From: Deltaproteobacteria bacterium
GTDB lineage: Bacteria > Desulfobacterota_D > UBA1144 > Nemesobacterales > CSP1-2
Direction of reading: 5' to 3'
Assembly (NCBI GenBank): GCA_052390235.1
Contig: JBQTHB010000003.1
Location: 160,001-224,000, forward strand
Length of the DNA: 64,000 nucleotides
In this document: positions 1 to 9,146 of the stretch, piece after piece
Numbering within the stretch: the stretch's first letter is position 1
Layout of the letters: the number at the start of each line of letters is the position of its first letter
Notes under the pieces: model-generated
Told to the model about the DNA's origin: nothing
What the model saw: only the letters and a program-made list of their open reading frames with translations
The model's database searches: none
Translations under genes and position numbers: made by a program

Positions 1-168
1 TATGAGTGCGCCGGCCACACTGGGCGGGGGCTTATGATTTCCTACGGGGCGGGGGCGGCTTTGGCGGATTTGATTCTCGATGGCAGGCCGCGAGACGAGC
101 TTAAATCCGCCTCGGATTTATCAAGGACGAGACCCTCAGGGGAGCTATTTGAAGAACTCCATCTGTGA
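1..168 (+). CDS. C-terminal end of an FAD-dependent oxidoreductase (DAO/sarcosine oxidase beta-like), truncated by the window edge
   Basis: Frame 1 reads YECAGHTGRGLMISYGAGAALADLILDG...EELHL-stop, matching the GHxGxG..s..G..lA.lI C-terminal motif of DAO-family flavoproteins. Confidence 0.7.
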   Translation, partial: YECAGHTGRGLMISYGAGAALADLILDGRPRDELKSASDLSRTRPSGELFEELHL

Positions 169-227
169 GGAAGCCGCCGAGAATATTTCCAATGCCGCCA
201 GCGTCATCGCTCAAAGTGGGGGAGAAA

Positions 228-515
228 TGAATTCCCGCTCTGGAGACTTGCGGGAATGACAACCCTCTGTGTCATCCTGCGCCGCTTGTGTCATTTCGAG
301 GGAGCATTAGCGACTGAGAAATCTTCACGCCCGTGCAATACAAGATTCCTCTGTGCGTTCGGAATGACAGGTGTGAGGGGTTGCGATTACACCCGCTATA
401 GTTCGCAATGAGATACTCCCTCGCTTCGCTAGTTCGCAATGACAGTGGCTCTGGCGTTTCGAGTCCCGAATAAGTTCGGGGGGGAGACTTCACCCTGAGC
501 GGAGTCGAAGGGAGT
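228..515. repeat. Cluster of degenerate palindromic (REP-like) elements between convergent genes
   Basis: ATTCCCGC...GCGGGAATGACA (231-261); TGTCATTTCGAG...GAGAAATCT...AGATTCCTC...TCGGAATGACA (289-369); two TCGCAATGA copies; CCCGAA-TAAG-TTCGGG; CACCCTGAGCGGAGTCGAAGGG. Confidence 0.7.
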
Positions 516-580
516 GGAATGATTGATACTTAAGTTCTCTTTATCCCGTAGCTCTGGCAGGGTTAATTTCTCCGCCGCTA

Positions 581-1294
581 TCAGCCCCCCTGCGGAGTCA
601 AGACCGCGGTGATTTGCGTATAGAACAGGTTTGTGATGCCCTCGAAGCCCGAATCCGTGCCGGCAATAAGCCAAATCGCCCCGCCCGCGTCGGCAGTAAC
701 CCGGATTCCGTTCGGACTCCGAATGATTTTCCTCCGAAAAATGGGATTCACGCAGTCCGCGTCAACCCCAATATCGCCTATAACCTCGGCATCCGCCCCG
801 CCCGCGCTCTGATTGCCTTTGTCAATATTCATCTCCAGAAATCCCATATTGCCAGTGGCTAATGGTTCAACCGCCGAAGCCCCTGCTTTTATCGCAATTG
901 CTGGCGGCCCGCCGATTCCGACGCAATCCCGCCCGGCTTCGGATGCGATTTCAATCTCGAACCGAACCAAATACCCCTCTCCCGGCTCAAGCCCCGTAAT
1001 CCGGCGCTTTACGAACATAAAGAGGTCGTCGCTGTGGTTATTGCCGGAGATGAAAAGGGCTTTGCTCGCGCCTAATTGCGAGGGCAAATCCCGCAAGCCG
1101 AAATCGAGTTCAAAGAAATCCTCTTCGCCCTCCGGGTAGTCGGCGAATCCGCCAGTCCAACCATCGGCGGAATTGGAAAAGTCGAACCTGAAAATGGCAT
1201 CATCGCCCCCTGCGCCGCCAGAGTCGCTTTTGCACGCGATAAATAGCGCGGCAAGGGAGATTATCAGTACGAGGCTTGGGGCGGGGGTTTTCAT
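581..1294 (-). CDS. Lipoprotein of unknown function (beta-rich)
   Basis: Lipobox FIAC after a hydrophobic signal; GGAGG RBS; globular composition with GNNHSDDLFMF and GTDSGFEG motifs. Confidence 0.75.
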   Translation of the reverse strand: MKTPAPSLVLIISLAALFIACKSDSGGAGGDDAIFRFDFSNSADGWTGGFADYPEGEEDFFELDFGLRDLPSQLGASKALFISGNNHSDDLFMFVKRRITGLEPGEGYLVRFEIEIASEAGRDCVGIGGPPAIAIKAGASAVEPLATGNMGFLEMNIDKGNQSAGGADAEVIGDIGVDADCVNPIFRRKIIRSPNGIRVTADAGGAIWLIAGTDSGFEGITNLFYTQITAVLTPQGG

Positions 1295-1319
1295 TTACAT
1301 CCTCCGAATATTGATGGTA

Positions 1320-1661
1320 TCACTTGAAAAGCAACCGAAGCGCGGAGTTAACGACCGCAAGCGCCAACGCGCCGAGGAGCGCCGCCGTAAAATTCTCCAC
1401 GGCGAAGCCCGATACAAAAGCCGAAGAGAATTTGAGCATTAGGGCGTTTATCACGAACAGGAATAGCCCAAAAGTGATGATAGTTATCGGGAAGGCGAGA
1501 ATTTTCAGGATGAATCCGATAGTCCCGTTCACAAGCCCTATGACCAGCGCCGCTATCAGAGCAGGGACAAATCCGGCTACGGTGAATCCCGGCACGACCT
1601 CAGACACTATCACTATGCCGAGGGCTGATAGAATCCATCCAATAATGAGGTTTCCCATCAC
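1320..1661 (-). CDS. YvlD-like membrane protein (phage holin superfamily IV)
   Basis: Four hydrophobic helices; motif ALIAALVIGLVN...LAFPITIITFGLFLFVINALML. Confidence 0.85.
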   Translation of the reverse strand: MMGNLIIGWILSALGIVIVSEVVPGFTVAGFVPALIAALVIGLVNGTIGFILKILAFPITIITFGLFLFVINALMLKFSSAFVSGFAVENFTAALLGALALAVVNSALRLLFK

Positions 1662-1744
1662 ATCGCAATCCCCCGTTTTTTAAATCTAATATAGCAGAGG
1701 AAAAGCGTCTGGCAAAGCCCGATGTCGCCCTCCCTCCCTCGGAC

Positions 1745-1774
1745 TTGACTAGCGGCGAGAGCGGCGTTTATCAT
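1745..1774 (+). promoter_or_regulatory. sigma70-type promoter, probably leaderless prmA transcript
   Basis: TTGACT-18nt-TATCAT, 8 nt before ATG 1783, no SD. Confidence 0.5.
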
Positions 1775-1782
1775 GAGCCGGC

Positions 1783-2379
1783 ATGAAACACTTTGAGCCT
1801 TATATCGAATATCGCCGAGCCCCGGTCGAAGTTGCCATAGCCACGCCCGAAGGGGGCGAAGTCTCAATTAAAATCGCCGCGGGAAGCTCCTTCGGGGCGC
1901 GGCACGATACGACAAGGCTCTGTCTTAGGGGGCTTGAGGCGATATTTCTGGAGCGGAAAATCGGCTCGGTTCTCGATTTCGGGTGTGGAAGCGGGATACT
2001 TTCCATCGCCTCGGCAATTCTGGGGGCAGAGCGGATTTTGGCGATAGACCTAGACCCCATCGCCGTCGAGGAGGCGAGGAAAAACTCGATAAACAACGGA
2101 GCAGACGGGAAAATCGAGGTTTCGCTCGGCTCGATTGAGGACGTTTCCGGCGCATTTGACCTCGTCGTAGCCAACATCGTAACGGATGAGCTACTTAGGA
2201 TGAGAGTAGATATTGCATCGAGGGTCAAATCGAGCGGCGGAGGGCTTCTGGTCTCAGGCATCGCAGAGGTGAAAAAAGAGGCCGTCGCCGAGGGATTTCA
2301 GCCCTTGGGACTGCGGCGAGAGAGGGAATTTTTGGGCAATGGCTGGGCCTGCATTTGGTTTACGGCAATTGAGGCTTGA
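1783..2379 (+). CDS. prmA: Ribosomal protein L11 methyltransferase-like (short form)
   Basis: SFGxxHxTT, VLDFGCGSGILSI, IDLDPIAV, DLVVANI, LVSGI motifs; only 198 aa. Confidence 0.75.
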   Translation: MKHFEPYIEYRRAPVEVAIATPEGGEVSIKIAAGSSFGARHDTTRLCLRGLEAIFLERKIGSVLDFGCGSGILSIASAILGAERILAIDLDPIAVEEARKNSINNGADGKIEVSLGSIEDVSGAFDLVVANIVTDELLRMRVDIASRVKSSGGGLLVSGIAEVKKEAVAEGFQPLGLRREREFLGNGWACIWFTAIEA

Positions 2380-2481
2380 GAGATTCTGTTGCGCCCGCCG
2401 ATTTTCCCCGCGATACTACCTTGAGGCGGGACGCGGAATCAAGCACAGGGAATCTCAAGAATGCCAGCGACCCTCTCCCCT

Positions 2482-2510
2482 TGTCATTTCTAGGCGGTAG
2501 CGAGAAATCC
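2482..2510. repeat. Half copy of the dispersed TGTCATTTC...GAGAAATC palindromic element
   Basis: TGTCATTTCTAGGCGGTAGCGAGAAATCC resembles 289-324. Confidence 0.5.
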
Positions 2511-2595
2511 TGCCTTCCCAAGCCGCCCCCCTCTTGACACTCAATGTATTCTTTTCGAGAGTAGTAGCTTCTAATCCCTGCGAGGTTTGCGTTTA

Positions 2596-3345
2596 ATGTA
2601 TCCGACACTGTTTAGGATTGGCGATATTTCAATTGCTTCGTTCTCGGTCATGGTTCTGCTATCGTTTCTCGTCGCGCACAGAATCGCCGACTCAGAGCTT
2701 AAGCGAAAGGGTTATAACGGCGGGCTTGCCGACGCGCTTCTCATCGCCGCCGTTGTGGGCGGAATAGGCGGGGCGAAGATTTTATTCCTGATTCAAAATG
2801 CGACGTTTGCCGAAATCATGGAAAATCCCCTTCGGTATCTCTCCTCCGGGCTTACTTACTACGGCGGGCTCATCGGCTCGCTCCTGCTTATATGGGTTGT
2901 CGTCCGGCGTTGGGGCGTGAGCTACTGGACTGCTACGGATGCCGTCGCGCCAGGGCTGATACTCGCCTACGCCATCGGCAGAATCGGGTGTCTGCTCGTG
3001 GGCGACGACTACGGCAGACCATCGGATCTGCCTTGGGCGATGGCTTTTCCCAACGGAGCGCCGCCCACGCTTGAGAGGGTTCACCCCACGCAGATATATG
3101 AAACGCTCATTATGACTGGCGTGTTCTTTTTCCTCTGGAGGATTAGAAAACTAGACCGCCCGCTGGGGTGGATGTCCGCCCTTACGTTCGTCCTGATAGG
3201 TACAGAGAGGTTTTTCGTGGAATTCGTGCGGGATACGACAATGAGCTTTATCCCCGGAATCTCGACGGCGCAGATAATCTCTCTGGGATTCATCGCAGTT
3301 GGGATGCTGAGGCTCCGGCATCTCAAGAGCCTCGGGGCAAAGTGA
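2596..3345 (+). CDS. lgt: Prolipoprotein diacylglyceryl transferase
   Basis: MYP start, GLTYYGG, IGRIGC..GDDYG, HPTQIYE, RFFVEFVR motifs. Confidence 0.95.
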   Translation: MYPTLFRIGDISIASFSVMVLLSFLVAHRIADSELKRKGYNGGLADALLIAAVVGGIGGAKILFLIQNATFAEIMENPLRYLSSGLTYYGGLIGSLLLIWVVVRRWGVSYWTATDAVAPGLILAYAIGRIGCLLVGDDYGRPSDLPWAMAFPNGAPPTLERVHPTQIYETLIMTGVFFFLWRIRKLDRPLGWMSALTFVLIGTERFFVEFVRDTTMSFIPGISTAQIISLGFIAVGMLRLRHLKSLGAK

Positions 3346-3467
3346 GGGATGAAAACCCCTAGCCCCGCCATAACGCCGCCGCTTCCGTCCGGCATCCGGC
3401 ATGATAAATCCCGCGCCCGGCTTGCAATTGTGCCATTTGAGTAAATACTATCTCGGAACTTGCCCCA

Positions 3468-4811
3468 ATGTCCGACCTCAAAGAGAGCCGCTTAGCCGCG
3501 CTGAACCCCACGCAACTCATTGTGCTTTCGTTCGCCGTCGCCTCTGTTGCGGGGGGGATACTGCTGAAACTCCCGTTTGCCACGAACAACGGGATTTCCT
3601 TTGTTGACGCCCTGTTCATAGCAACCTCGGCTGTGTGCGTTACGGGGCTTGCCACGGTGGACGTTGGAGCGACCTTTACGGATTTCGGCAAGGTGGTAAT
3701 TCTGTTTTTAATTCAGGTGGGCGGGCTTGGAATTACGACCTATGGGGCGGTTTTCGCCTCGGTGATAACCGGCGGGCTGAGTCTCAAAAATAGGGCTATG
3801 GTTCGGGACTCGTTCGGGAATGTTGGGATAAAAAACTTTCGGACCATGCTATTTGAGATAGTCATATTTACTTTTCTGCTGGAGCTTGCCGGGGCGCTGG
3901 TTCTCTATATGCTCATACCGGAGTCCGGTTTTTTTGCCGCCGTGTTTCACTCGGTAGCCGCTTTCTGCAACGCCGGTTTTTCGTTCTACTCGGACAGCTT
4001 CATAGTCTACAGGGACAGCGCTGGGGTCAATTTGATTCTGATAGCGCTGCTTGTGGCGGGCGGCATCGGATTCCTGGTCATCCGCGAGTTGAGGCTGTAT
4101 TTGCTGGGGTGGGCGACTCAAATTTCCCTGCACACGAGGATTGTTCTCGTGGTTTCAGGGGTTTTGCTTCTCGTCGGCGCTCTACTGATACTCGCGCTTG
4201 AGTGGAACGGGGCTTTAAGAGGGTTTAGTCTCGAGGAGAAATTTCTCGTCTCGTTTTTTCAATCCGCCACCACGCGAACCGCCGGGTTTAACACAATTGA
4301 CCTTACGCTTCTGTCAAATTCCACAATTTTCATACTGATAATACTGATGTTTATAGGGGCTTCCCCAGGCTCCTGCGGCGGCGGGATAAAAACCTCGACC
4401 CTAGCCGTGCTTCTTGCCTTCGTTAGAAATCGGTCTTTGGGCAGGGAGGACGTATTTTTCTTCAAGCGCACTATCCCGCAGGAGGTCATATCGAAGGCGG
4501 TCTCGGTGGTTACGGCAAGCGCGGTTGTGGTGATTTTGATGACCCTTCTACTCACGGTCTCGGAGGGATGGGGAATGTCCTATGCCGCAGGGCAGGGGAT
4601 TTTTATGCAGTCCCTTTTTGAGATAGTCTCGGCTTTTGCAACAGTGGGACTCACCCTCAACTTTACCTACGAGCTTTCGACTTTCGGCAAGATTGTGGTA
4701 ATCTTCACCATGCTTATCGGCAGGGTTGGGCCCCTTGCGGTGGCTCTCGCCGTGGGAGGAGAAAAGCCGGTTCGCTTTAAATACGCCGAAGAGAGAGTCA
4801 TGGTAGGATGA
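3468..4811 (+). CDS. ktrB: Ktr/Trk potassium uptake membrane subunit
   Basis: Four pore loops: SAVCVTGL, FCNAGF, TRTAGF, FATVGL; GGGIK motif. Confidence 0.92.
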   Translation: MSDLKESRLAALNPTQLIVLSFAVASVAGGILLKLPFATNNGISFVDALFIATSAVCVTGLATVDVGATFTDFGKVVILFLIQVGGLGITTYGAVFASVITGGLSLKNRAMVRDSFGNVGIKNFRTMLFEIVIFTFLLELAGALVLYMLIPESGFFAAVFHSVAAFCNAGFSFYSDSFIVYRDSAGVNLILIALLVAGGIGFLVIRELRLYLLGWATQISLHTRIVLVVSGVLLLVGALLILALEWNGALRGFSLEEKFLVSFFQSATTRTAGFNTIDLTLLSNSTIFILIILMFIGASPGSCGGGIKTSTLAVLLAFVRNRSLGREDVFFFKRTIPQEVISKAVSVVTASAVVVILMTLLLTVSEGWGMSYAAGQGIFMQSLFEIVSAFATVGLTLNFTYELSTFGKIVVIFTMLIGRVGPLAVALAVGGEKPVRFKYAEERVMVG

Positions 4812-5482
4812 AAAGAGGCAGGTTTCTCATTTGCGGTTTAGGCAATTTCGGTTCTAATTTGGCGAGACGGCTTTTCGAGCAGGGCCAAGAAGTCATAGCC
4901 ATTGATATTGACGAAAAGAAAATCGCCGAAACCAGAGATTACGCATCCGAAGCCGTGGTAGCCAACGCATCCGAGAGAGAAGCCCTTGAGCAAATCGGTC
5001 TCGGCTCGATTGACGCCGCAGTGATAAGCCTCGGTGAGACGAGAATTGACACGAGCGTGCTTGCGACCCTCCACCTCAAAGACCTCGGAATAAAAAGAAT
5101 AATTGTCAAAACAATCTCCCCTGAACACGCGAGAATTGTCGAGAGAATCGGCGCCACTGAAGTCATATTCCCCGAAAAAGAAGCCGCCATCCGTCTCGCA
5201 GACAAGCTCAGCACCCCTCACGTCTTCGAGCAGGTGAGCCTGCACGAGGGCTATTCCCTTGTCGAGATGATGTCTCCGCGCGAGCTTTGGAATAAAACCC
5301 TCATGGAAGCGAGCATCAGGTCAAAGTACAACATCACTATAGTGTGGATAAACAGAAAAACCCCGGACGGAAAGGAAATATCCATAGTTCCCCGCCCCGA
5401 CGATAGGGTCATGGAAGGAGACGTGCTTTTCGTACTCGGAGAACAGAAAGCCATAGAAGGATTTAAAAAACTCAAAACATGA
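4808..5482 (+). CDS. ktrA: Ktr/Trk RCK regulatory subunit
   Basis: GLGNFG nucleotide-binding motif, VIFPE, TrkA-C domain; ATGA overlap with ktrB. Confidence 0.92.
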   Translation: MKRGRFLICGLGNFGSNLARRLFEQGQEVIAIDIDEKKIAETRDYASEAVVANASEREALEQIGLGSIDAAVISLGETRIDTSVLATLHLKDLGIKRIIVKTISPEHARIVERIGATEVIFPEKEAAIRLADKLSTPHVFEQVSLHEGYSLVEMMSPRELWNKTLMEASIRSKYNITIVWINRKTPDGKEISIVPRPDDRVMEGDVLFVLGEQKAIEGFKKLKT

Positions 5483-6399
5483 AGGCAATTTTCGACCCCG
5501 ATACCCCCCCCGCCTCCCCCGTGTCTGCAACTATCGGAGTTTTCGATGGCGTTCACCTCGGACACCGGCAGATAATCCGCCTCGTCAGAGAAGATGCACT
5601 CATAAGACGAGCCGCCTCGTGCGTTATAACATTTGACCCTCACCCCCAGCGCGTGCTTCATCAAAGCCAGATACCGCTCATAGTGCCGTTTCGAGAGAGG
5701 CTCGCTCTTTTTGAAGCCGAGGGAGTGGACCTGGCTGTCTGCTATAATTTCACTAGGGAATTCGCCTCGATTTCCGCCGAGGATTTCGTAGCGAATAAGC
5801 TGGTCGGCGCGCTCGGCATAAAGAGCATATTCGTAGGGGCCGATTTTACCTTCGGACGCAAGAGGGAGGGCAATATAGGGCTTCTGCGCGCTATGGGAGC
5901 GGAACTGGGATTCGAGGTAAACACGGTCTCGCCCGTTCATCTGGGGGATGAGCTAATAAGTAGCACCGCAATCAGGGGATTTATACAAGAAGGCATGGTC
6001 GGCAAGGCGGCGCGCTTTCTAGGGAGAAATTTCTACATCGAGGGCACAATCAAAGAGGGCGAGAAAAGGGGGCGGCTTCTGGGGTTTCCCACCGCTAACC
6101 TCGATGCCGACTGGGAGCTGCTCCCGATGAAAGGGGTATATGCCACATGGGCTTGGATTAACGGCATAAAGCGCAAAAGCATCACAAACATAGGTTTTCG
6201 CCCCACGTTCAACGCCTCCGGGCTTCTCATCGAAACCCATGTATTTGACTTCAGCGCGGATCTGTACGGCAGGCGCGTGAAAGTCGAATTCGCCGAGCGG
6301 CTGAGGGACGAGCGGCGGTTTGAAAGCGTTGAGGCTCTCACAGCTCAAATTGCCAGAGACGTTCTAAGGTCGCGGGAAATTTTGGCGGCGGCGGAGTGA
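5479..6399 (+). CDS. ribF: Bifunctional riboflavin kinase/FAD synthetase
   Basis: IGVFDGVHLGH, TFDPHP, ISSTAIR, GFPTAN, IETH, LRDE motifs. Confidence 0.97.
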   Translation: MKAIFDPDTPPASPVSATIGVFDGVHLGHRQIIRLVREDALIRRAASCVITFDPHPQRVLHQSQIPLIVPFRERLALFEAEGVDLAVCYNFTREFASISAEDFVANKLVGALGIKSIFVGADFTFGRKREGNIGLLRAMGAELGFEVNTVSPVHLGDELISSTAIRGFIQEGMVGKAARFLGRNFYIEGTIKEGEKRGRLLGFPTANLDADWELLPMKGVYATWAWINGIKRKSITNIGFRPTFNASGLLIETHVFDFSADLYGRRVKVEFAERLRDERRFESVEALTAQIARDVLRSREILAAAE

Positions 6400-6451
6400 T
6401 TTATCCCATCCCGCGCGCAGAATGAAAATTCTGCCGCATCCACAGAAGCAG

Positions 6452-7300
6452 ATGAGCGTAAAAGGCACAACTGAGGTTTATGCAATATTTGGTCATCCCG
6501 TAAGCCATAGCTTCTCGCCGGCTATGCACAACGCCGCCATCGCCGCTCTGGGGCTTGACGCCGTCTATGTCCCCTTTGATGTGCGCCCTGAAGAGTTGGA
6601 ATCCGCCGCGCGCGCCGTCAGAGCCATGGGAATCCGAGGCGTAAACGTTACGATTCCCCATAAGCACAGAATCATTCCGTTCCTTGACGAGGTCTCAGCT
6701 GAGGTGTCCCTAACCGGCGCGCTGAACACGATAAAAAACGAGGGCGGCAGGCTCAGGGGTTTTAACACCGACGTGGGCGGCTTTATGAGGGCTTTGGCAG
6801 AGGATCTCAATATTCGCCCCAAGGGGCTGACCGTAACCCTGCTCGGCGCGGGAGGAGCGGCAAGAGCCGTGATTTCGGGACTCGCCGCCGCATCCGTCTC
6901 GGAGATTTTCATCCTCAACAGAACCCTCGCCAGAGCCTCGGCTCTGGCGGCGCAGTTCGCTCCCCATTTTAGGGGCGTCTCAATTAAGGCGCTCTGGCAG
7001 GAGGACGGGGACTCCATTCGGGAATGCTTGGGAAAATCCCACCTGCTTGTGAATTCCACCTCAGCCGGAATGAAGGGGGCAGGCTCGCTTGAGATTCCAA
7101 TTGAATGCCTGCCCAGGAGCGCCGCGGTGTATGATTTGGTTTATAACCCCCGCGAGACCGCGCTCGTCAAGGCGGCGAGGGATTTGGGCATCCGTGCTTC
7201 CGGGGGTCTGAGCATGCTTATTTATCAGGGGGCGGAGAGCTTCGAGATTTGGACAGGCAGGAGCGCGCCCGTCGAGATAATGCGCAGTGTCATAGAATAG
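6452..7300 (+). CDS. aroE: Shikimate dehydrogenase
   Basis: HSFSPAMHN, NVTIPHK, NTD, GAGGAARA, DLVYNP, MLIYQG; alternative start at 6422. Confidence 0.96.
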   Translation: MSVKGTTEVYAIFGHPVSHSFSPAMHNAAIAALGLDAVYVPFDVRPEELESAARAVRAMGIRGVNVTIPHKHRIIPFLDEVSAEVSLTGALNTIKNEGGRLRGFNTDVGGFMRALAEDLNIRPKGLTVTLLGAGGAARAVISGLAAASVSEIFILNRTLARASALAAQFAPHFRGVSIKALWQEDGDSIRECLGKSHLLVNSTSAGMKGAGSLEIPIECLPRSAAVYDLVYNPRETALVKAARDLGIRASGGLSMLIYQGAESFEIWTGRSAPVEIMRSVIE

Positions 7301-7378
7301 CGCTTCCAGTTAGCCGATAGTACAAATTAAAATTAATTAACAAACAATAAATAATATTAAAATAAGCAAATAGACCTA

Positions 7379-7407
7379 TTGACCGGCAAATAAATCGGCT
7401 ATATAAA
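7379..7407 (+). promoter_or_regulatory. sigma70 promoter with AT-rich UP-like region
   Basis: TTGACC-17nt-TATAAA preceded by a very A/T-rich tract (about 7322-7370); GGAGG RBS at 7428-7432. Confidence 0.65.
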
Positions 7408-7441
7408 TTACGCAAATACAAATTCACGGAGGTAGTTGATT

Positions 7442-7741
7442 ATGCGTAAAGCGTTAGCGCTGATGTTGGTAATGGCAATTTCTTTCTCATCCCTAGCCAT
7501 GGCTTCTGATTTTGGCGCCGGGGACGCGAGCTTTCTATTTAACTCAAGCGACGTAGCCGCGTCCGCCATCGGAGTGGATGAAATGCAGTCCACGCACGGG
7601 CAGTTGCTAGGTCTCGGCGGAATTATCTCTCCGCTCCTCGGGCCGATTCTCCCGCTCTTGGCGCCGGTGTTTGGAATCGTTAACAGCGTTCCCGTAGTCG
7701 GCGGTCTCGTAAACACGGTTTTAGCCCTCGTGCTAAGCTAA
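7442..7741 (+). CDS. Small secreted protein with Sec signal, leader-like EMxxTxG motif and hydrophobic C-terminal core
   Basis: MRKALALMLVMAISFSSLAMA signal; own promoter, RBS and terminator. Confidence 0.8.
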   Translation: MRKALALMLVMAISFSSLAMASDFGAGDASFLFNSSDVAASAIGVDEMQSTHGQLLGLGGIISPLLGPILPLLAPVFGIVNSVPVVGGLVNTVLALVLS

Positions 7742-7785
7742 TTTTTTTTATAAAGCTCCATACCTCTCCTTTATGGGTTTAACAC

Positions 7786-7819
7786 AAAGGGCTTCGGGTA
7801 ACCCCGAGGCTCTTTTTTT
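7786..7819 (+). terminator. Intrinsic terminator, possibly bidirectional
   Basis: AAAGGGCTTCGGG-TAAC-CCCGAGGCTCTTTTTTT hairpin plus U-tract. Confidence 0.85.
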
Positions 7820-9080
7820 ATCGTCTCAGGGCTTTGGCAAAATACCTGCGGAACTCAGAGGGGAGCATATTGGCGGCTCTGGCGAGCCTGCCTAGATGCT
7901 GCGCGTCTTCGAGGTCTTCGGCCTTGAGTTTAATCATATACTTCTCGGCGACTTCATAGGATTCGGTCTCGGTGTCAACGTAGCGGATTTTCGTAAGTCC
8001 GGTATTCGGGTCTCGGAGTTCGGCAAAGGGCATTGGGGTCATTTTTCCGTTTTGAATTGTTACCATCGCGCCGCTCCCGCCTTGGAGGAGGAATTTCACG
8101 GCGCTGTAACCGAGGTCGCGGGTGTATTTTGCATCAAACGGGATTGGCGGAGCCGAGCGCAGTTCATAGCCTATTCGCTTGTCAACGATTTTCGCCTCGA
8201 TTCCCTTTTCCCTTAGGCGAGAGGTCGTCTCCCGCTTCAGGAGCTTGCCAATGTCAACCTCCGAAAGCCTCACCCTTCCAAGCTCGTCTCTGTCCGTATC
8301 CAGCCGCTCGAAATCCCTCTCGTCGAGTTTGTCTATTATCCCCTCGGCTATGACGGCTACCCCGTCTTCGCGCCCCCCGGCGAGGCGCTTTATTACCGCC
8401 CCTTCGAGAACCGAAACCACCCTCTCAAGGGGAACTTTTCCCTCGCCGAATTCTTCGGGGATTATCGAGAGAGTCGCTCCCGCCGCTTTTCCGATACCGA
8501 GGGCGAGGTGTCCGGTTTTCCTGCCCATGGTGATGACCAAGTACCATCTGCTGGTGGTTTTCGCGTCCTCCATTATGTGCTGAACCACTCTCGCGCCGAT
8601 GTGGCGCGCGGTCTCGAACCCGAATGTAGGAATGTAGCCCGGAAGCGGGAGGTCGTTGTCAATGGTTTTGGGCGTATGGGCGATTTTAATTGCCCCCTCG
8701 GCTTCTCTGTGGATTTCGCCTGCCAGATACATCGTGCCGTCGCCGCCTATGGTGATGAGATATTTCACGCCGAGTTCCGTGAGCGCGCGGACGGTATTTT
8801 TCATCCTCTCGGGGGTTGATGCGGGATTTTCGCGGGAGATACCGATAATTGAGCCTCCAGCCAGGTGGATGCGCGATGTGTCTTCGATGCTGAGGCGGCG
8901 CACGCGGGATTTATCGCCCCTAGCGAGCCATTTAAATCCGTCTTGGATGCCTATGACACTCAAGCCCCGGTTGACGGCTTCGATGGCGGCGGCGGCGATG
9001 ACCCCGTTTATCCCCGGAGCGGGACCGCCGGCGACGACGATGGCTAAAATCTCGGGCGGTATATTTTTATCAGGCGTCAT
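7818..9080 (-). CDS. pfk: 6-phosphofructokinase (PfkA family, Pfp-like clade)
   Basis: GGPAPGIN, IGGDGT, PKTIDND, MGR, AEG, GYELRS motifs. Confidence 0.9.
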   Translation of the reverse strand: MTPDKNIPPEILAIVVAGGPAPGINGVIAAAAIEAVNRGLSVIGIQDGFKWLARGDKSRVRRLSIEDTSRIHLAGGSIIGISRENPASTPERMKNTVRALTELGVKYLITIGGDGTMYLAGEIHREAEGAIKIAHTPKTIDNDLPLPGYIPTFGFETARHIGARVVQHIMEDAKTTSRWYLVITMGRKTGHLALGIGKAAGATLSIIPEEFGEGKVPLERVVSVLEGAVIKRLAGGREDGVAVIAEGIIDKLDERDFERLDTDRDELGRVRLSEVDIGKLLKRETTSRLREKGIEAKIVDKRIGYELRSAPPIPFDAKYTRDLGYSAVKFLLQGGSGAMVTIQNGKMTPMPFAELRDPNTGLTKIRYVDTETESYEVAEKYMIKLKAEDLEDAQHLGRLARAANMLPSEFRRYFAKALRR

Positions 9081-9146
9081 TGGAGGCGCTCCTTATGAGG
9101 ATGGAGATTTCACAGCTACAGGGGTATCCGTCCGATTCAAAGCGCC

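Noticed and set aside
272..674. Short ORFs 272-493 and 429-674
   Set aside because: They are translations of palindromic repeats or overlaps, with no RBS or protein-like features
1320..1661. Holin-family gene as evidence of a prophage
   Set aside because: YvlD-like proteins are common chromosomal genes; no phage genes nearby
3421..3436. sigma54-like TGGCAC...TTGC on the minus strand
   Set aside because: Wrong GG-GC spacing and no gene downstream on that strand
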